64,000 nt of DNA, from positions 32,001-96,000 of IMG/VR virus record IMGVR_UViG_3300036770_008700; one strand, written 5' to 3'. A model generated the notes under the pieces. That model searched no databases. It saw only the letters and a program-made list of their open reading frames with translations, and had not been told where the DNA came from. Origin of the DNA: a virus. Within the stretch, counting starts at the first letter, position 1; each line of letters starts with the position of its first letter. Shown here piece by piece: positions 39,442 through 49,923 of the stretch. The position numbers were made by a program, and so were the translations under genes.

Positions 39442-39918
39442 TTATGTTACTGCAAACGTTATTTGTAATCTTGCTGTGGGAATAGAAGCTCTTGGTATGC
39501 TGTAATCAATTGTTATTGTTACAGAACCTAAACCTGGATCTTCTGTAAATGACCTTTGAGAACTATCAAATCCCTCTAGTTCAACGTATGGCATATATTT
39601 TGCAACAGCATTCATAATACGCTGCATAGCCGCTTCATCAAACGCATCTTTTCCTATTTCATATTCAGTTACTAGTGGACCAAGATTAGCTCCATAATCG
39701 TACAATGCTAATCTTTCACCCCAGTTGGTCATGATTAAATCACGAAGATTGTTTTTCATGGTTTCACCAACTGTATAGTGCATACCAAGTAAACCTTCGT
39801 TGCTGTTACCAAGCCTTAAAGGAGTAACGATTCCTATGGGAATAGGAGTTGATTGTACGGCTCTTTCTTGTTCAGCTAGTTCGGCTGATGTAATACCTAC
39901 GCTTTTAAAGCTTCTCAT
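39442..39918 (-). CDS. baseplate wedge subunit, gp25/GPW-like
   Basis: NLRDLIMTNWGER...YGANL...AVAKYMPYVEL. Confidence 0.85.
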   Translation of the reverse strand: MRSFKSVGITSAELAEQERAVQSTPIPIGIVTPLRLGNSNEGLLGMHYTVGETMKNNLRDLIMTNWGERLALYDYGANLGPLVTEYEIGKDAFDEAAMQRIMNAVAKYMPYVELEGFDSSQRSFTEDPGLGSVTITIDYSIPRASIPTARLQITFAVT

Positions 39919-39927
39919 GCTTTATAA

Positions 39928-40710
39928 CTATAGACCAAACAACTTACGGTATTCTTGATATGTAATAGGTTCATTTGAACGTTCGCTTGGCTGCCATTCT
40001 GGTTGAGCAACTGTTTGTGCTGGAATATTTGCGCTTGTTTGTCCTTGATTTGCAGCCTGAGAAGTTTGACTTTTGAGTTCGTTTGTTATGTCCAAACCTG
40101 TTGTTGTAACACCAGCGGTATTTGCTGTTTTTGCTACAAACTGATCAAATGTGATACCCTCACCAGTGTCGGTTTCACTTTCTGTTGTTTGTTGCGGCTG
40201 TGTGTCAGGTTGTTGTACATTGACAATGTTAGATAAGTTCACTGCCACTGTGGAATTAAAACTAGATATTTGATTGTTTAAAGCTCGATTGTCCGAATCT
40301 TCTGCGGCTTCTGCCGCTTCTCTGGTGCCTTGCTGCAACTGCTCGTCGTTCGAACACAAAGGAAAAAAAGAACCTACAATTGGAAGAGGGTTAAGCAAGC
40401 TTTTAATAAAACACCAAATAGCTTTTATGATTGCAAACGCAATTGCGAGAGCAACTAATTTAACAGGATTGTTGCTACCGTCTGGGCTTGGGTTTTTGAC
40501 GCCTAAAAGCGATATATTTAAAGCTGCAAATGTTCCTTCGCCCAAAGCAGTGGCAGCAGCGTTCAAAGGCGGTGGTAATGCCCTAATAATTTGTTGCAAT
40601 ACAACTATTTGGGCAGCCGTTGCGGTTTTATTGGCCTCGTTTTCAGCATCAGCTCGACGAGAAGCCGTTTCGCTATCAGCAACTCGACGAAGATCTTCTA
40701 CGCTACTCAT
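39928..40710 (-). CDS. hypothetical baseplate-region protein
   Basis: 260 aa between gp25-like and gp5-like genes; contains a hydrophobic segment. Confidence 0.6.
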   Translation of the reverse strand: MSSVEDLRRVADSETASRRADAENEANKTATAAQIVVLQQIIRALPPPLNAAATALGEGTFAALNISLLGVKNPSPDGSNNPVKLVALAIAFAIIKAIWCFIKSLLNPLPIVGSFFPLCSNDEQLQQGTREAAEAAEDSDNRALNNQISSFNSTVAVNLSNIVNVQQPDTQPQQTTESETDTGEGITFDQFVAKTANTAGVTTTGLDITNELKSQTSQAANQGQTSANIPAQTVAQPEWQPSERSNEPITYQEYRKLFGL

Positions 40711-40722
40711 GTTTTGTAGTTC

Positions 40723-42495
40723 CTATTGACCAAAAATTTTTGAGGATCTACTCTTATATACAGCTTCATTTGTTTTTACTCTTGATCTCTGCACTCTAGT
40801 ATTCAATGCTTCTTTGTTTGACGCACAGGTTGCATATAGACCAGCCCAAGCTGCATCGGGTCCACCTGGAGCACAGCTAGTTTGTACAGTGGCTCTATTT
40901 AAATTGTCAACCAGTTGATTATAAGAAGTTTGCAGAGCATCAATTTGATTTTGTAAACCTTCTACAACTTTTTTAAACTCACTCCATTTGATATAAGGTT
41001 CCGCACCAGCAAATGTGTTTTGTTGACCAACACTTAGTTCTGCGGTTGATCCATCTTTGTTTCTTGGACGATCAGGTGCTGGTGCTTGTGGATTAGCTGG
41101 AGCGGGGTCAGTATTAATCGCCGCACCACCAAGAAATATCTGCATTCCATCTACTTGAACCCTGCCTTCAGGAGACATGTACAAATAAGCTAAATGATCT
41201 GTTGCAGCAGAACCAGCGTTTAAATCCTCTGGTGTACGGTTTCTACCTTCCTTAACAATCAACACAGAACCAGATATAACTGGATCAAGACTGTCTTCTG
41301 CTGGCACAGAACGTCTTGCAATCAATCTTATATGGTCAGCTTTGGTTACAACATATGACGATCCAACATTTGCACTAGAAGAAGCAAACTGTATTGGATA
41401 CAAGCTGGTAGGAGAGTAATTTATCCCTGAAGATTGCAATGCGTCGTTAACAGTTCCTTGTGTTGTTCTTGCTGTTTTAAAGTTGACATCACCAAGAGTT
41501 TTCATGCTCATGTATATGCGTGCAGCATCACGAACAAAATCTGGATCACCTTCTTTTATTTGCTCAACTCTATTGTTTAGTCTAGGAACTTTATCAACTT
41601 CATTAAGGCTTCTAGAGTTTGTTACAACAAACGGACTTGTTCTCTTATGCTCTGTTGTTCTACTGTCTTCTGGTGTTAACAAATAGCGACTACGACCTGT
41701 TACGATATCAATAGTTCCAGCATAGCTTGTTTGTTCTGGTGCTGAACTTGTAACATATCCCACTCTATCTCTTCCAAGCATAATAAGAGAGTTATTCATG
41801 CCTTGAATAACAAATTCTTGTGGTCGTTTTGTCCAGCGTGGCACTACCTCATATGCGTGTTGCAAACTACCAGAACGAGATTGTTGATATAACCTATCGT
41901 ATGGATTTGTTGTTGTATCTTGTGGAAGAGTGTTGGTGTTGTTACTGCCACCACCGTTAGGAAAGCCAGGAGTATAGCTATTACGATTTAATGATTGACT
42001 GATACGTGTCTCAGCAAAATATTCGGCATTAAATCTTCGGTCATTATGAGTAAAGTTTGGATCTTCAACAGGCAAACCTTCTGACGCTCTAGTAATCCAT
42101 TTACCACCCTTAAAACCGTACTTTTGAAAGTCTTCAAACACAACTGTAACTTGTTCACCAATTTGCACAGGCAACATGAAGTGACTTTGGAAAAATGGAG
42201 ATAAAAGTACTTTTGTTGGTGTAGAGTCGCTTACACCATCAGAAATAACTGTTGCAATAACACTGTTTGATGCTGCTTGATCTACTTCTTCTTGGTTGAC
42301 AACTAAAGATTTTAATCTATCTCGGTCTTGTGTTGTTAGTTCTTTTGGGTTATAGATAACTTCTTCAACGGTTGCACGTTGAAAAGTTGGTGGTGAACCA
42401 GCCATTTGGCTGTTCAATATTAGTTTTGTTGGGTTTAAAGTTGGCTCTGTTGCACCAGCTAAAATTCTGCCAACGTTAAGGTTTTCATTAGGCAT
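40723..42495 (-). CDS. putative baseplate hub/spike protein (gp5-like N-terminal OB fold)
   Basis: MLPVQIGEQVTVVF OB-fold pattern, IQGMNNSLIMLGRDR, position upstream of gp25/gp6. Confidence 0.6.
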   Translation of the reverse strand: MPNENLNVGRILAGATEPTLNPTKLILNSQMAGSPPTFQRATVEEVIYNPKELTTQDRDRLKSLVVNQEEVDQAASNSVIATVISDGVSDSTPTKVLLSPFFQSHFMLPVQIGEQVTVVFEDFQKYGFKGGKWITRASEGLPVEDPNFTHNDRRFNAEYFAETRISQSLNRNSYTPGFPNGGGSNNTNTLPQDTTTNPYDRLYQQSRSGSLQHAYEVVPRWTKRPQEFVIQGMNNSLIMLGRDRVGYVTSSAPEQTSYAGTIDIVTGRSRYLLTPEDSRTTEHKRTSPFVVTNSRSLNEVDKVPRLNNRVEQIKEGDPDFVRDAARIYMSMKTLGDVNFKTARTTQGTVNDALQSSGINYSPTSLYPIQFASSSANVGSSYVVTKADHIRLIARRSVPAEDSLDPVISGSVLIVKEGRNRTPEDLNAGSAATDHLAYLYMSPEGRVQVDGMQIFLGGAAINTDPAPANPQAPAPDRPRNKDGSTAELSVGQQNTFAGAEPYIKWSEFKKVVEGLQNQIDALQTSYNQLVDNLNRATVQTSCAPGGPDAAWAGLYATCASNKEALNTRVQRSRVKTNEAVYKSRSSKIFGQ

Positions 42496-42496
42496 A

Positions 42497-42913
42497 CTAT
42501 CCTCTGCTGTTGCGCTTTATTCTATCAAATATTGCTTTACTATCTGGAACCTCATCTGCTTCTTGTTTATCTTTGGCTTTGTAAACTAACTCTGCAAGCT
42601 TTAAAAGTTGTGTGTTAGCTTTTTCCATACGTTCCATATACTTGGACAAATGATCGCCGTGAATAACGTGTTGTTCTGGATTGCCGTGAACAGTTAGGTA
42701 TAAGTCTGTCCAAATCATATAAGCATTACGTCTGTCAATTAATGCATTCTCATAGATTTGTTTCCAAAGAAGCTTTAAACGTTCGTCAATAGTGGTGATG
42801 CTATTTAGTAAATCAACAAAAGTAGCAAGGTCTTCGTCTGTTTTCTTGATAAGTTGTTGCCCAGTTGGATTGCTATCCATCTGACTTATTTCTTCTTCAA
42901 AAGATTGACTCAT
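42497..42913 (-). CDS. hypothetical helical protein
   Basis: 138 aa, coupled to the sigma-like gene. Confidence 0.7.
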   Translation of the reverse strand: MSQSFEEEISQMDSNPTGQQLIKKTDEDLATFVDLLNSITTIDERLKLLWKQIYENALIDRRNAYMIWTDLYLTVHGNPEQHVIHGDHLSKYMERMEKANTQLLKLAELVYKAKDKQEADEVPDSKAIFDRIKRNSRG

Positions 42914-43647
42914 TCTGTTTGCTCATATTCTTGCTTGGAAAGTTTGTAATGCTTTTTCATGAGGGAAAGCACAACAGAAAGTTGTTTAGGTGAAAGGTTG
43001 GTTATTTCTCTCAAGTAAAGCATTACCGCACGCTTGTTAAGAAAATCAAGTTCATTAATGTTACTGAACAACAAGTTGATTCCTTTAAGGCATTCAACTT
43101 CGTTTTCTGTTACAGCTTTAGCTGCAACTAATTCCAATAACTTCTCAATTTTCTCTTTATTGGTGTAGCTAATCATTACTTCTTCTGGTGATGGTGATAC
43201 ACTATGATTTTCTATTGTTTCTAAATCATGTTGGCTTAAAGACTCTGTATCATCAAGAGAAGTAAACACATGAACATTACGAACGCTTTGTTTGCTTTTG
43301 ATTATTAGCCAGTGTTTTGCAACAACATTGAAGTAAGAAAAAGCTTTGGTGCCTTTACTAGCATCAAACTTAGTGATTACTCCATAAAGAAACTCAATAC
43401 ATTCGTTTTGTAAATCTGCTTTGCTTTCATACTGGATTTGAAAACCATAAACATTGATTAGGTTTTCAACCAACTTGGAAAAAGCAGGAAGTATTTCACG
43501 AACGTATATGTCGTTTCGTTTTGCTGAGTTTGTTTCGGCTTTATAGTCAACAATGGCTTGTTGAGTACCTGCATTAAAATAAAACTCTTGTGGTGTTGCA
43601 CCACCTTTAGGCTTGCGTTTGATAAGTTTTTTACCGTTAGGAATCAT
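42910..43647 (-). CDS. putative phage late sigma factor (gp55-like, sigma region 2)
   Basis: FSKLVENLI..DLQNECI..KFDASKGTKAFSYFNVVAKHWLI. Confidence 0.7.
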   Translation of the reverse strand: MIPNGKKLIKRKPKGGATPQEFYFNAGTQQAIVDYKAETNSAKRNDIYVREILPAFSKLVENLINVYGFQIQYESKADLQNECIEFLYGVITKFDASKGTKAFSYFNVVAKHWLIIKSKQSVRNVHVFTSLDDTESLSQHDLETIENHSVSPSPEEVMISYTNKEKIEKLLELVAAKAVTENEVECLKGINLLFSNINELDFLNKRAVMLYLREITNLSPKQLSVVLSLMKKHYKLSKQEYEQTE

Positions 43648-43967
43648 TCGTCCTCATCTTGATCTACAAGCCGTATATAGCGTTGCTTGCTGCGCTGCGT
43701 AAAGTTCTGAATAAGCTTATGTGTTGCTGTTTGACAAACTTTAACGTTTTCCATTGCTTCATCAACCGCAGCTTTTATTTGTGGGTTGTCAAAAAACATA
43801 GGAGTTTTAACGATAGCTTCCAAAGCTTTCGCAGTGCGCTCGTGAATTTCAATTGCCTCAGCTAAGTCATCCTCCAAGATAAAGATGATTTTAGCCCAGC
43901 GTACTGCATAAAAACAAACAGTACAAAGAGCAGCTAAAAGTAGAAGCGATAAAATATAACCAAACAT
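43644..43967 (-). CDS. membrane-anchored coiled-coil protein
   Basis: N-terminal hydrophobic helix followed by a helical domain. Confidence 0.65.
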   Translation of the reverse strand: MFGYILSLLLLAALCTVCFYAVRWAKIIFILEDDLAEAIEIHERTAKALEAIVKTPMFFDNPQIKAAVDEAMENVKVCQTATHKLIQNFTQRSKQRYIRLVDQDEDE

Positions 43968-45142
43968 TACTCAGCTTTCAAATGTTCATCAAACAATGAT
44001 GAATAAGTACGTGCCACAGTTTCAAACGAATAAAGCTCGTGTACTTTTGTAGCTAAATCTTTGGCCCATTGCTGTGGCATCTGTGAAGCTTCATAAAACT
44101 TCTTTAGTCTACGTTTAACATCTAACTCGGTTGGGTTTGCCCATTTAACTCCCTTGACAAAAATTTGATTATCAACACGACTTTCTGGGATATTCGCAAG
44201 TGTATATTCTACTGGAATAAACTTTCCATGCTTAAGAAAGTCTAGGTGACCACTCCAGTTGGTTGCAATAACAGGTAGTCCACAAGCAGCAGCTTCTAGA
44301 ATAGGCAAGCCATAACCTTCACCGTGAGTAAATGTTACAAGAGCCTTAATGTCTTTGTGAGTGTATAAACCATGCATTTCTTCATCTGACATATGACCGT
44401 GAAGAAGATAAAACTTTGGACCATTTGGTTTTGTCACTTCTCCAACTAACTTTGAAAAGATTCCTGTTATGTTACGTTTATCAAGCTGTGTTTGTGCTCC
44501 GCTGTTTGTTTTTACTACAATTCCAACATCAGGGCAACCAGCAAAAGTTTCTGCTAACCACTTCAATGTATATGGAAGATTCTTGCGATCATTTTCCGTG
44601 TTATTGCCCGTTAATTGCCCTACAACAAGAAAGTTAAACTTGGTACTCAATCCCAAATCAACTGGCACAGGAGAGGCTGTAAAAGCCTCTGGGAAGCATT
44701 CTGGAATAACAACGAGAGGAACAGTTACTTCTCCTGTACTTAGAAAAGTTTGCTTTGTAAACTCGCTTGGTACAACAACCATATCCATGCGGTTAATGCA
44801 TTCAATCCAAGCTGGATTGCACTTGTCTGTCTCTACCCCAGCAGTAACACCAATATTAAAGTTACCAAGAAAAGGATTCCATTCGTTTGGCAACTGAAGT
44901 TGAATGGTTACATCGTAAAAGTTCTTTTTATTGTTTGTTGCTTGAAGAATTTGACCGATAAGACCATCTTCGGCTTCTGGATCAACAATAAGATGACACT
45001 TGCCCCATGGAAGAGGTTCTGTGGTAATGTCTAGTTGATGTGTTTCTGTTGCAACACGGAAAAGCCATTTAGCGATTTGACGGGCATGCACACCGTAGCC
45101 TGAGTGAGTAAGAAGAGGAGCACGTAGTAATACTGATTTCAT
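43967..45142 (-). CDS. glycosyltransferase, GT-B (GT4-like)
   Basis: SGYGVHAR, VVVPSEFTK, GEGYGLPILEAAACGLPVIATNWSG. Confidence 0.9.
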   Translation of the reverse strand: MKSVLLRAPLLTHSGYGVHARQIAKWLFRVATETHQLDITTEPLPWGKCHLIVDPEAEDGLIGQILQATNNKKNFYDVTIQLQLPNEWNPFLGNFNIGVTAGVETDKCNPAWIECINRMDMVVVPSEFTKQTFLSTGEVTVPLVVIPECFPEAFTASPVPVDLGLSTKFNFLVVGQLTGNNTENDRKNLPYTLKWLAETFAGCPDVGIVVKTNSGAQTQLDKRNITGIFSKLVGEVTKPNGPKFYLLHGHMSDEEMHGLYTHKDIKALVTFTHGEGYGLPILEAAACGLPVIATNWSGHLDFLKHGKFIPVEYTLANIPESRVDNQIFVKGVKWANPTELDVKRRLKKFYEASQMPQQWAKDLATKVHELYSFETVARTYSSLFDEHLKAE

Positions 45143-45161
45143 TGTTTATCCTTTCTGCCTA

Positions 45162-46454
45162 TCATTTACCAAATGGACGAAGTTGTTCACAAGTCCAACT
45201 CTTTGGCTTGCTTGTTTTCCAAGCAGTAATACACTTGTCTAGAGTTTCATCCCATGCCTTAATCATATTACCATAATCAAACTCAAAATCGGTGTATGCA
45301 CGAGCTTTTTCACCAAGAGCGTTACGTTCTTCTGGTGACATTTTGTAAAGCTTGTAATAAGCCTCAGCAATATCGAGATAGTTTACATGGTCATCATAGA
45401 TGTAAGGAACCATTTGTGAACCAACCAATGTACGGGCTGCTGGTTCGATAGCAATACCATTTTCTGAATCATCACGGTGATCTACCACTTGACGTGTCAT
45501 ACCACCGGTTTTAAGAGCAATAATAGGTCTACCAACCATCATGGTTGATAGAGTTGCAAGGCCAAAACCTTCTGCCTTGGAAACGTTAATAGTATAATCA
45601 GAGATATTGTAAAGAGCATTCATATCATTGAAATCAACTTTTTGAGTTGAGAACATAACATTTTGTGCAATGCCTAGCATTTCAGATACAGCAAGAAGGT
45701 TTGGACCTTCTGTGTCTTGTGGATCTGTGTGCATGATAATCATTGCTTTACGGTGACCTTCTTCTTTTTCTAGACGTTCTAGGAATACCTTGAATCCATT
45801 TAGCACATCGTTTGGCATTTTGCGGGTAGCATTGCGGTTAACCCATGTACCAACAAACCAATCTGCTCTATCTCCAAAGTTTTTCTTACGCAGTTCTGTT
45901 TTTGTTGCTTCTGGAAGAGGGAAATAAACTTGTTTTGGAAAAGCGTGTGGAATATAGTGTGTACGTTCTGGAAAGTGTGGCTTAACAAGCTCGTATGTTT
46001 TGTAAGAAAGACAGTTGATAAGGTCTGTTGAACGATACCAAACATCGTTAAAGGCTGGATATGGATCATTGTCCCATACGTGCCAGTAGGTTATTGGACA
46101 GATTTGATGAATTTCGTCTTCGATTTCCCAGAGCCACATAAACTGACGAGGATCGGTAAAGAGAAGGATAGCATCTGGACGTTCATTGATTAAGAGGCTA
46201 CGGATAATGTCATGGTTTCCGAATCCATCAACAGGTTTGATGATAAAGTCTGGATTAACCATGATTGTTTCGTAGTTTGGATGCTTAACAGCCCCACCAA
46301 GGCAACGAAAACTATATTTGCCTGTGTTTATTAGTCCTTGAATAAGGAATCTTGCTTGAACACCTACACCAGAGGTGCAGAGAGGGTGATCAGACAACAT
46401 CAGAATTTTGTGCTTGCGTTGAGGGACTACCGGGGCTACGTCGTTTGAACTCAT
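45162..46454 (-). CDS. glycosyltransferase, GT-B (GT4-like)
   Basis: SDHP..SGVG, NRNATRK, AEGFGLATLSTMMVGRPII. Confidence 0.9.
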   Translation of the reverse strand: MSSNDVAPVVPQRKHKILMLSDHPLCTSGVGVQARFLIQGLINTGKYSFRCLGGAVKHPNYETIMVNPDFIIKPVDGFGNHDIIRSLLINERPDAILLFTDPRQFMWLWEIEDEIHQICPITYWHVWDNDPYPAFNDVWYRSTDLINCLSYKTYELVKPHFPERTHYIPHAFPKQVYFPLPEATKTELRKKNFGDRADWFVGTWVNRNATRKMPNDVLNGFKVFLERLEKEEGHRKAMIIMHTDPQDTEGPNLLAVSEMLGIAQNVMFSTQKVDFNDMNALYNISDYTINVSKAEGFGLATLSTMMVGRPIIALKTGGMTRQVVDHRDDSENGIAIEPAARTLVGSQMVPYIYDDHVNYLDIAEAYYKLYKMSPEERNALGEKARAYTDFEFDYGNMIKAWDETLDKCITAWKTSKPKSWTCEQLRPFGK

Positions 46455-46512
46455 TTAACGGTTCTCCTTAGTAACCAGTTATCGTAGCACAAACACAAGG
46501 TTATGTTTTTGC

Positions 46513-47484
46513 TTATCGAATCTTTTCTTTCCAATGCTCGATCATTTCATCAAGCAATGTTTCAAACGTATATTCTGGTTTCCAACCCAACACAGTTCTT
46601 GCTTTTGTTGAGTCGCCCTTAAGGTACTTAAGTTCTTCTGGACGCATGAACGCAGGATTTTGTACAACATAATCTTGATAATTCATATCAAGTCTGCGAA
46701 AGACATAATCAACCATTTCTCTAACTGAATGGGTTTCTCCAGTTGAAACAACAAAATCATCTGGAGTTTCATGGTTAATGATTTTGTGCATGGCTTTCAC
46801 ATAATCTTTTGAGTGACCCCAATCACGATATGAGTCTAGATTACCAAGCTCAAGCTTATCAGTTACACCACGGTAGATTTGTACGGCTGTTTTAACCACC
46901 TTATTGGTAACAAAGTTAGAGCCTCTACGTGGAGACTCATGGTTAAACAATATTCCATTAACAGCGTGCAAGCCATAAGCTTTGCGATAGTTTCTAACAA
47001 TAGAATATCCAAAGAGTTTAGAACAGCCATATGGGCTTACTGGATGCATTGGTGTTGTTTCTCTTTGAAACCCATCTGAATCTTGGCTGTTTCCAAACAT
47101 CTCTGAGGAGCTGGCTTGATAAAACTTTGCGTTAGGGCAAAATCTACGATAAGCCTCAAGCATATTCAACACTCCAAGAGCGTTGGTTTTTACTGTGAAC
47201 TGTGGGATTTCAAAACTGATCTTAACGTGACTTTGAGCCCCGATATTGTAGATTTCATCTGGTTTAAGATCAAACAAAAGCCGATCAATAGAGCTTTCAT
47301 CAAGCAAATCTCCATAGTGAGTTACGATTTTATTGCTGATATTAGCGATACGAATATCTTGATTTTCAGCCATAGAATTTCTACGAACCATACCATGAAC
47401 TTCATATCCCAAAGACAAAAGATATTCGGCTAGATAACTGCCGTCTTGCCCATTAATTCCAGTGATAAATGCTTTTTTGCTCAT
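46513..47484 (-). CDS. gmd: GDP-mannose 4,6-dehydratase
   Basis: ITGINGQDGSYLAE, AQSHV, YQASSSEMFG, SPYGCSK, GILFNHESPRRG..FVT, RDWGH. Confidence 0.97.
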   Translation of the reverse strand: MSKKAFITGINGQDGSYLAEYLLSLGYEVHGMVRRNSMAENQDIRIANISNKIVTHYGDLLDESSIDRLLFDLKPDEIYNIGAQSHVKISFEIPQFTVKTNALGVLNMLEAYRRFCPNAKFYQASSSEMFGNSQDSDGFQRETTPMHPVSPYGCSKLFGYSIVRNYRKAYGLHAVNGILFNHESPRRGSNFVTNKVVKTAVQIYRGVTDKLELGNLDSYRDWGHSKDYVKAMHKIINHETPDDFVVSTGETHSVREMVDYVFRRLDMNYQDYVVQNPAFMRPEELKYLKGDSTKARTVLGWKPEYTFETLLDEMIEHWKEKIR

Positions 47485-47906
47485 GTGTTATCTCCAATGA
47501 ATGTTTTGTCTAGTTTCTGACCATAATATGGTCCGTTTTTGTGCTCACAGATGATCGTATTATCTTCTAAACACTCAAGACTATGCCCACCTTCTAATGT
47601 TATGTGTATCTCACCTTCAGAAAGATCGTGTGTTCCCATAAATGAGTCGTCAATATCGTAATGATACACCTTTATCTTACCTTTAAAGACCAACCAAGAT
47701 TCTTGTGCGATTTGATTGGTAACATTTAGCGGTTTAGATATATGTTTGTGTGGACGAAATTTTGTGTTCTTTGGCTTTTTTATTACAGCGCACTGCAAGA
47801 ACTCATTATCATCAACCAAATCAACTCTATCAGTAACTACGTTTAAGTCATACATCACAAATAAAAGCTTTTCTTTGTCTACGTTTGAATAAATTTTTCT
47901 TATCAC
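47481..47906 (-). CDS. cupin (WbuC-like)
   Basis: PHKH..QESW..G..GGHSL..EHKNGPY. Confidence 0.75.
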   Translation of the reverse strand: MIRKIYSNVDKEKLLFVMYDLNVVTDRVDLVDDNEFLQCAVIKKPKNTKFRPHKHISKPLNVTNQIAQESWLVFKGKIKVYHYDIDDSFMGTHDLSEGEIHITLEGGHSLECLEDNTIICEHKNGPYYGQKLDKTFIGDNT

Positions 47907-48661
47907 GCTATTTTCCTACATGTGTAAACCAAACGATAATCATTAATCGTTGCTGGTGTGTTAATCATAACATTTGGTGATACTGCCTCTAAAACAAAAC
48001 CACTATTTTTTAGTAAATCTTTAAAAACGTGATTAGACCAAAGTATATGTCGCAGCTTATATGAGAAACAATCAATAACTTCATTGTTTTCCTTGATAGA
48101 AACTGTTGTTTCCATTGTGGATAGAGAATCGAACAGGTTTGTCTGTGTAGAAGTGGTTATGTCATATGTTTTATTGTTTACTTTTCTTGTTCTGAAAGAG
48201 TTTTCCTTGGGCTTATCGATGGTACATGCAACACCATTCCAGCAATCAAAGACAAACTTAGCGTTCGGTTTCAATTGATTACTGATAGCTTTAAAGAATT
48301 CTTGCAAACCAACAATGGTTTCAATATGGTTAACCACATTGAACATCGATATAGCACAATCGGCTTTTTCCTGTATTTTTAATTCAGCAACATCACAGCA
48401 CAAACCTAATACGTTTGATATATTACGTTTTTTGAGCTTTGATATACCAACATCAACCATTGATTTAGACAAGTCAACAGCAAAAACTTGCTCAAACTTT
48501 GCTGAGAGCAAAATGGTGTGTGTCATTGTACCACAACCAACATCAAGCAGAATATTGTGATTGTTGGCAACGTTTGCTATGTACTCAGCTTCTTTTGTGT
48601 AATCCTTGTCAAGATAAAGATCATCATAATATTCCGCTAGTTTATCGTTGTATGTACTCAT
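47903..48661 (-). CDS. class I SAM methyltransferase, TylM1/DesVI-like N-terminus
   Basis: LAEYYD..KDYTKEA, LLDVGCGT, VDLSKSM. Confidence 0.85.
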   Translation of the reverse strand: MSTYNDKLAEYYDDLYLDKDYTKEAEYIANVANNHNILLDVGCGTMTHTILLSAKFEQVFAVDLSKSMVDVGISKLKKRNISNVLGLCCDVAELKIQEKADCAISMFNVVNHIETIVGLQEFFKAISNQLKPNAKFVFDCWNGVACTIDKPKENSFRTRKVNNKTYDITTSTQTNLFDSLSTMETTVSIKENNEVIDCFSYKLRHILWSNHVFKDLLKNSGFVLEAVSPNVMINTPATINDYRLVYTCRKIA

Positions 48662-49739
48662 TCATTTTCTCACAAACATACAATATCTGTTCGTTTGTTA
48701 TTCCAACAAATGATGGCAAACAAACTCCTTCTTTGTATTTCGTAATCGATATATCAAACGATGCCTTTGATGATTTCTTTAGATTGGAAAAACAAGGTTG
48801 CATATGCAACGGATAAAAGAATGTTCTGGTTTCGATATTATTCTCTTTAAGGTGATGCATCAATCCTTCAGAACCACCAGATACAGTTGTGCAAACTCTA
48901 AATGGTATATGATTGGATTTATCATTTTTTGGAGTAATAATTTTGTATCTGCTATCTAGGTTTTCTTGATATGTTTTCAATATGCAAGCTTTTTTGTTTA
49001 TAATAGTTGAAAGCTTTTTTAGTTGAACCAAACCAATTGCAGACTGAATATCTGTCATTCGAAAGTTGTACCCAATTTCTGGGTGTATAAAACTTCCTCT
49101 GTCTATTCTTCCTTGATTTCGTATGTAAAGTAATGCTTCATATGTTTCTTTACTGTTTGTTACAAGCAACCCACCCTCGCCTGTTGTAATTGTTTTGTCC
49201 GCAAAAAATGAAAAACTGCCAATATCTCCATAGGTACCAACATGTTTGTTATTCCATGTTATTCCAATACCTTGTGCAGCATCTTCAATAATTTTCAATT
49301 TGTGTGCTTCTGCAAAAGAAACAACTTGCTCCATGTCACAAGCCATGCCATATATGTGTACAGGCATAATTGCTTTTGTTTTTTTGTTAACAAGTTTTTT
49401 AGCCATATCAATGTTGATATGTAAATCCTCATTGATGTCAACAAAAACAGGTTTTGCACCACACATTTCAACCGCATTAGCACTTGCAATAAATGTAAAG
49501 TTTGGCACTAGCACTTCATCACCACGGCCAATACCCAAAGCTCTTAATGCCATATAAAGCGATAGAGTGCCATTAGGAGCTAGTACTCCGTACTCAACAT
49601 TCATAAGTTCACATAATTTTTCAACAAATTCTTTTGATTTCGGTCCCTCAGTTATCCAGTTTGATTCAAAACATTGTTTAATAGCAATGTATTCTTGCTC
49701 ATCAAAATATGGTTGAAATTGCGGAATTCTTGCTTGCAT
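48642..49739 (-). CDS. DegT/DnrJ/EryC1/StrS aminotransferase (perosamine synthase-like)
   Basis: NGTLSL, TFIASAN, PVHIYG, IEDAAQ, SFFADKTITTGEGG, GYNFRM. Confidence 0.95.
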   Translation of the reverse strand: MQARIPQFQPYFDEQEYIAIKQCFESNWITEGPKSKEFVEKLCELMNVEYGVLAPNGTLSLYMALRALGIGRGDEVLVPNFTFIASANAVEMCGAKPVFVDINEDLHINIDMAKKLVNKKTKAIMPVHIYGMACDMEQVVSFAEAHKLKIIEDAAQGIGITWNNKHVGTYGDIGSFSFFADKTITTGEGGLLVTNSKETYEALLYIRNQGRIDRGSFIHPEIGYNFRMTDIQSAIGLVQLKKLSTIINKKACILKTYQENLDSRYKIITPKNDKSNHIPFRVCTTVSGGSEGLMHHLKENNIETRTFFYPLHMQPCFSNLKKSSKASFDISITKYKEGVCLPSFVGITNEQILYVCEKMNEYIQR

Positions 49740-49923
49740 GTAACCTCTTCACTTTGGAGTTATTCTAACATAACTTACATCAATTATCCAATAAATTGTT
49801 TGTTCACAAAAACAACTTTGGTGTCTTTGAAGTTAAATTTTTTTCAAGGTGTTGACAACACTGTCAATTCCTTCATCTTTTTTTCTTGAAGAACAAAATT
49901 CGTTAATTTGCATTGCATTGACT

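Noticed and set aside
49844-49876. Short MKELTV peptide matching the start of 51586-52401
   Set aside because: Only six codons, different at the nucleotide level; may be chance.
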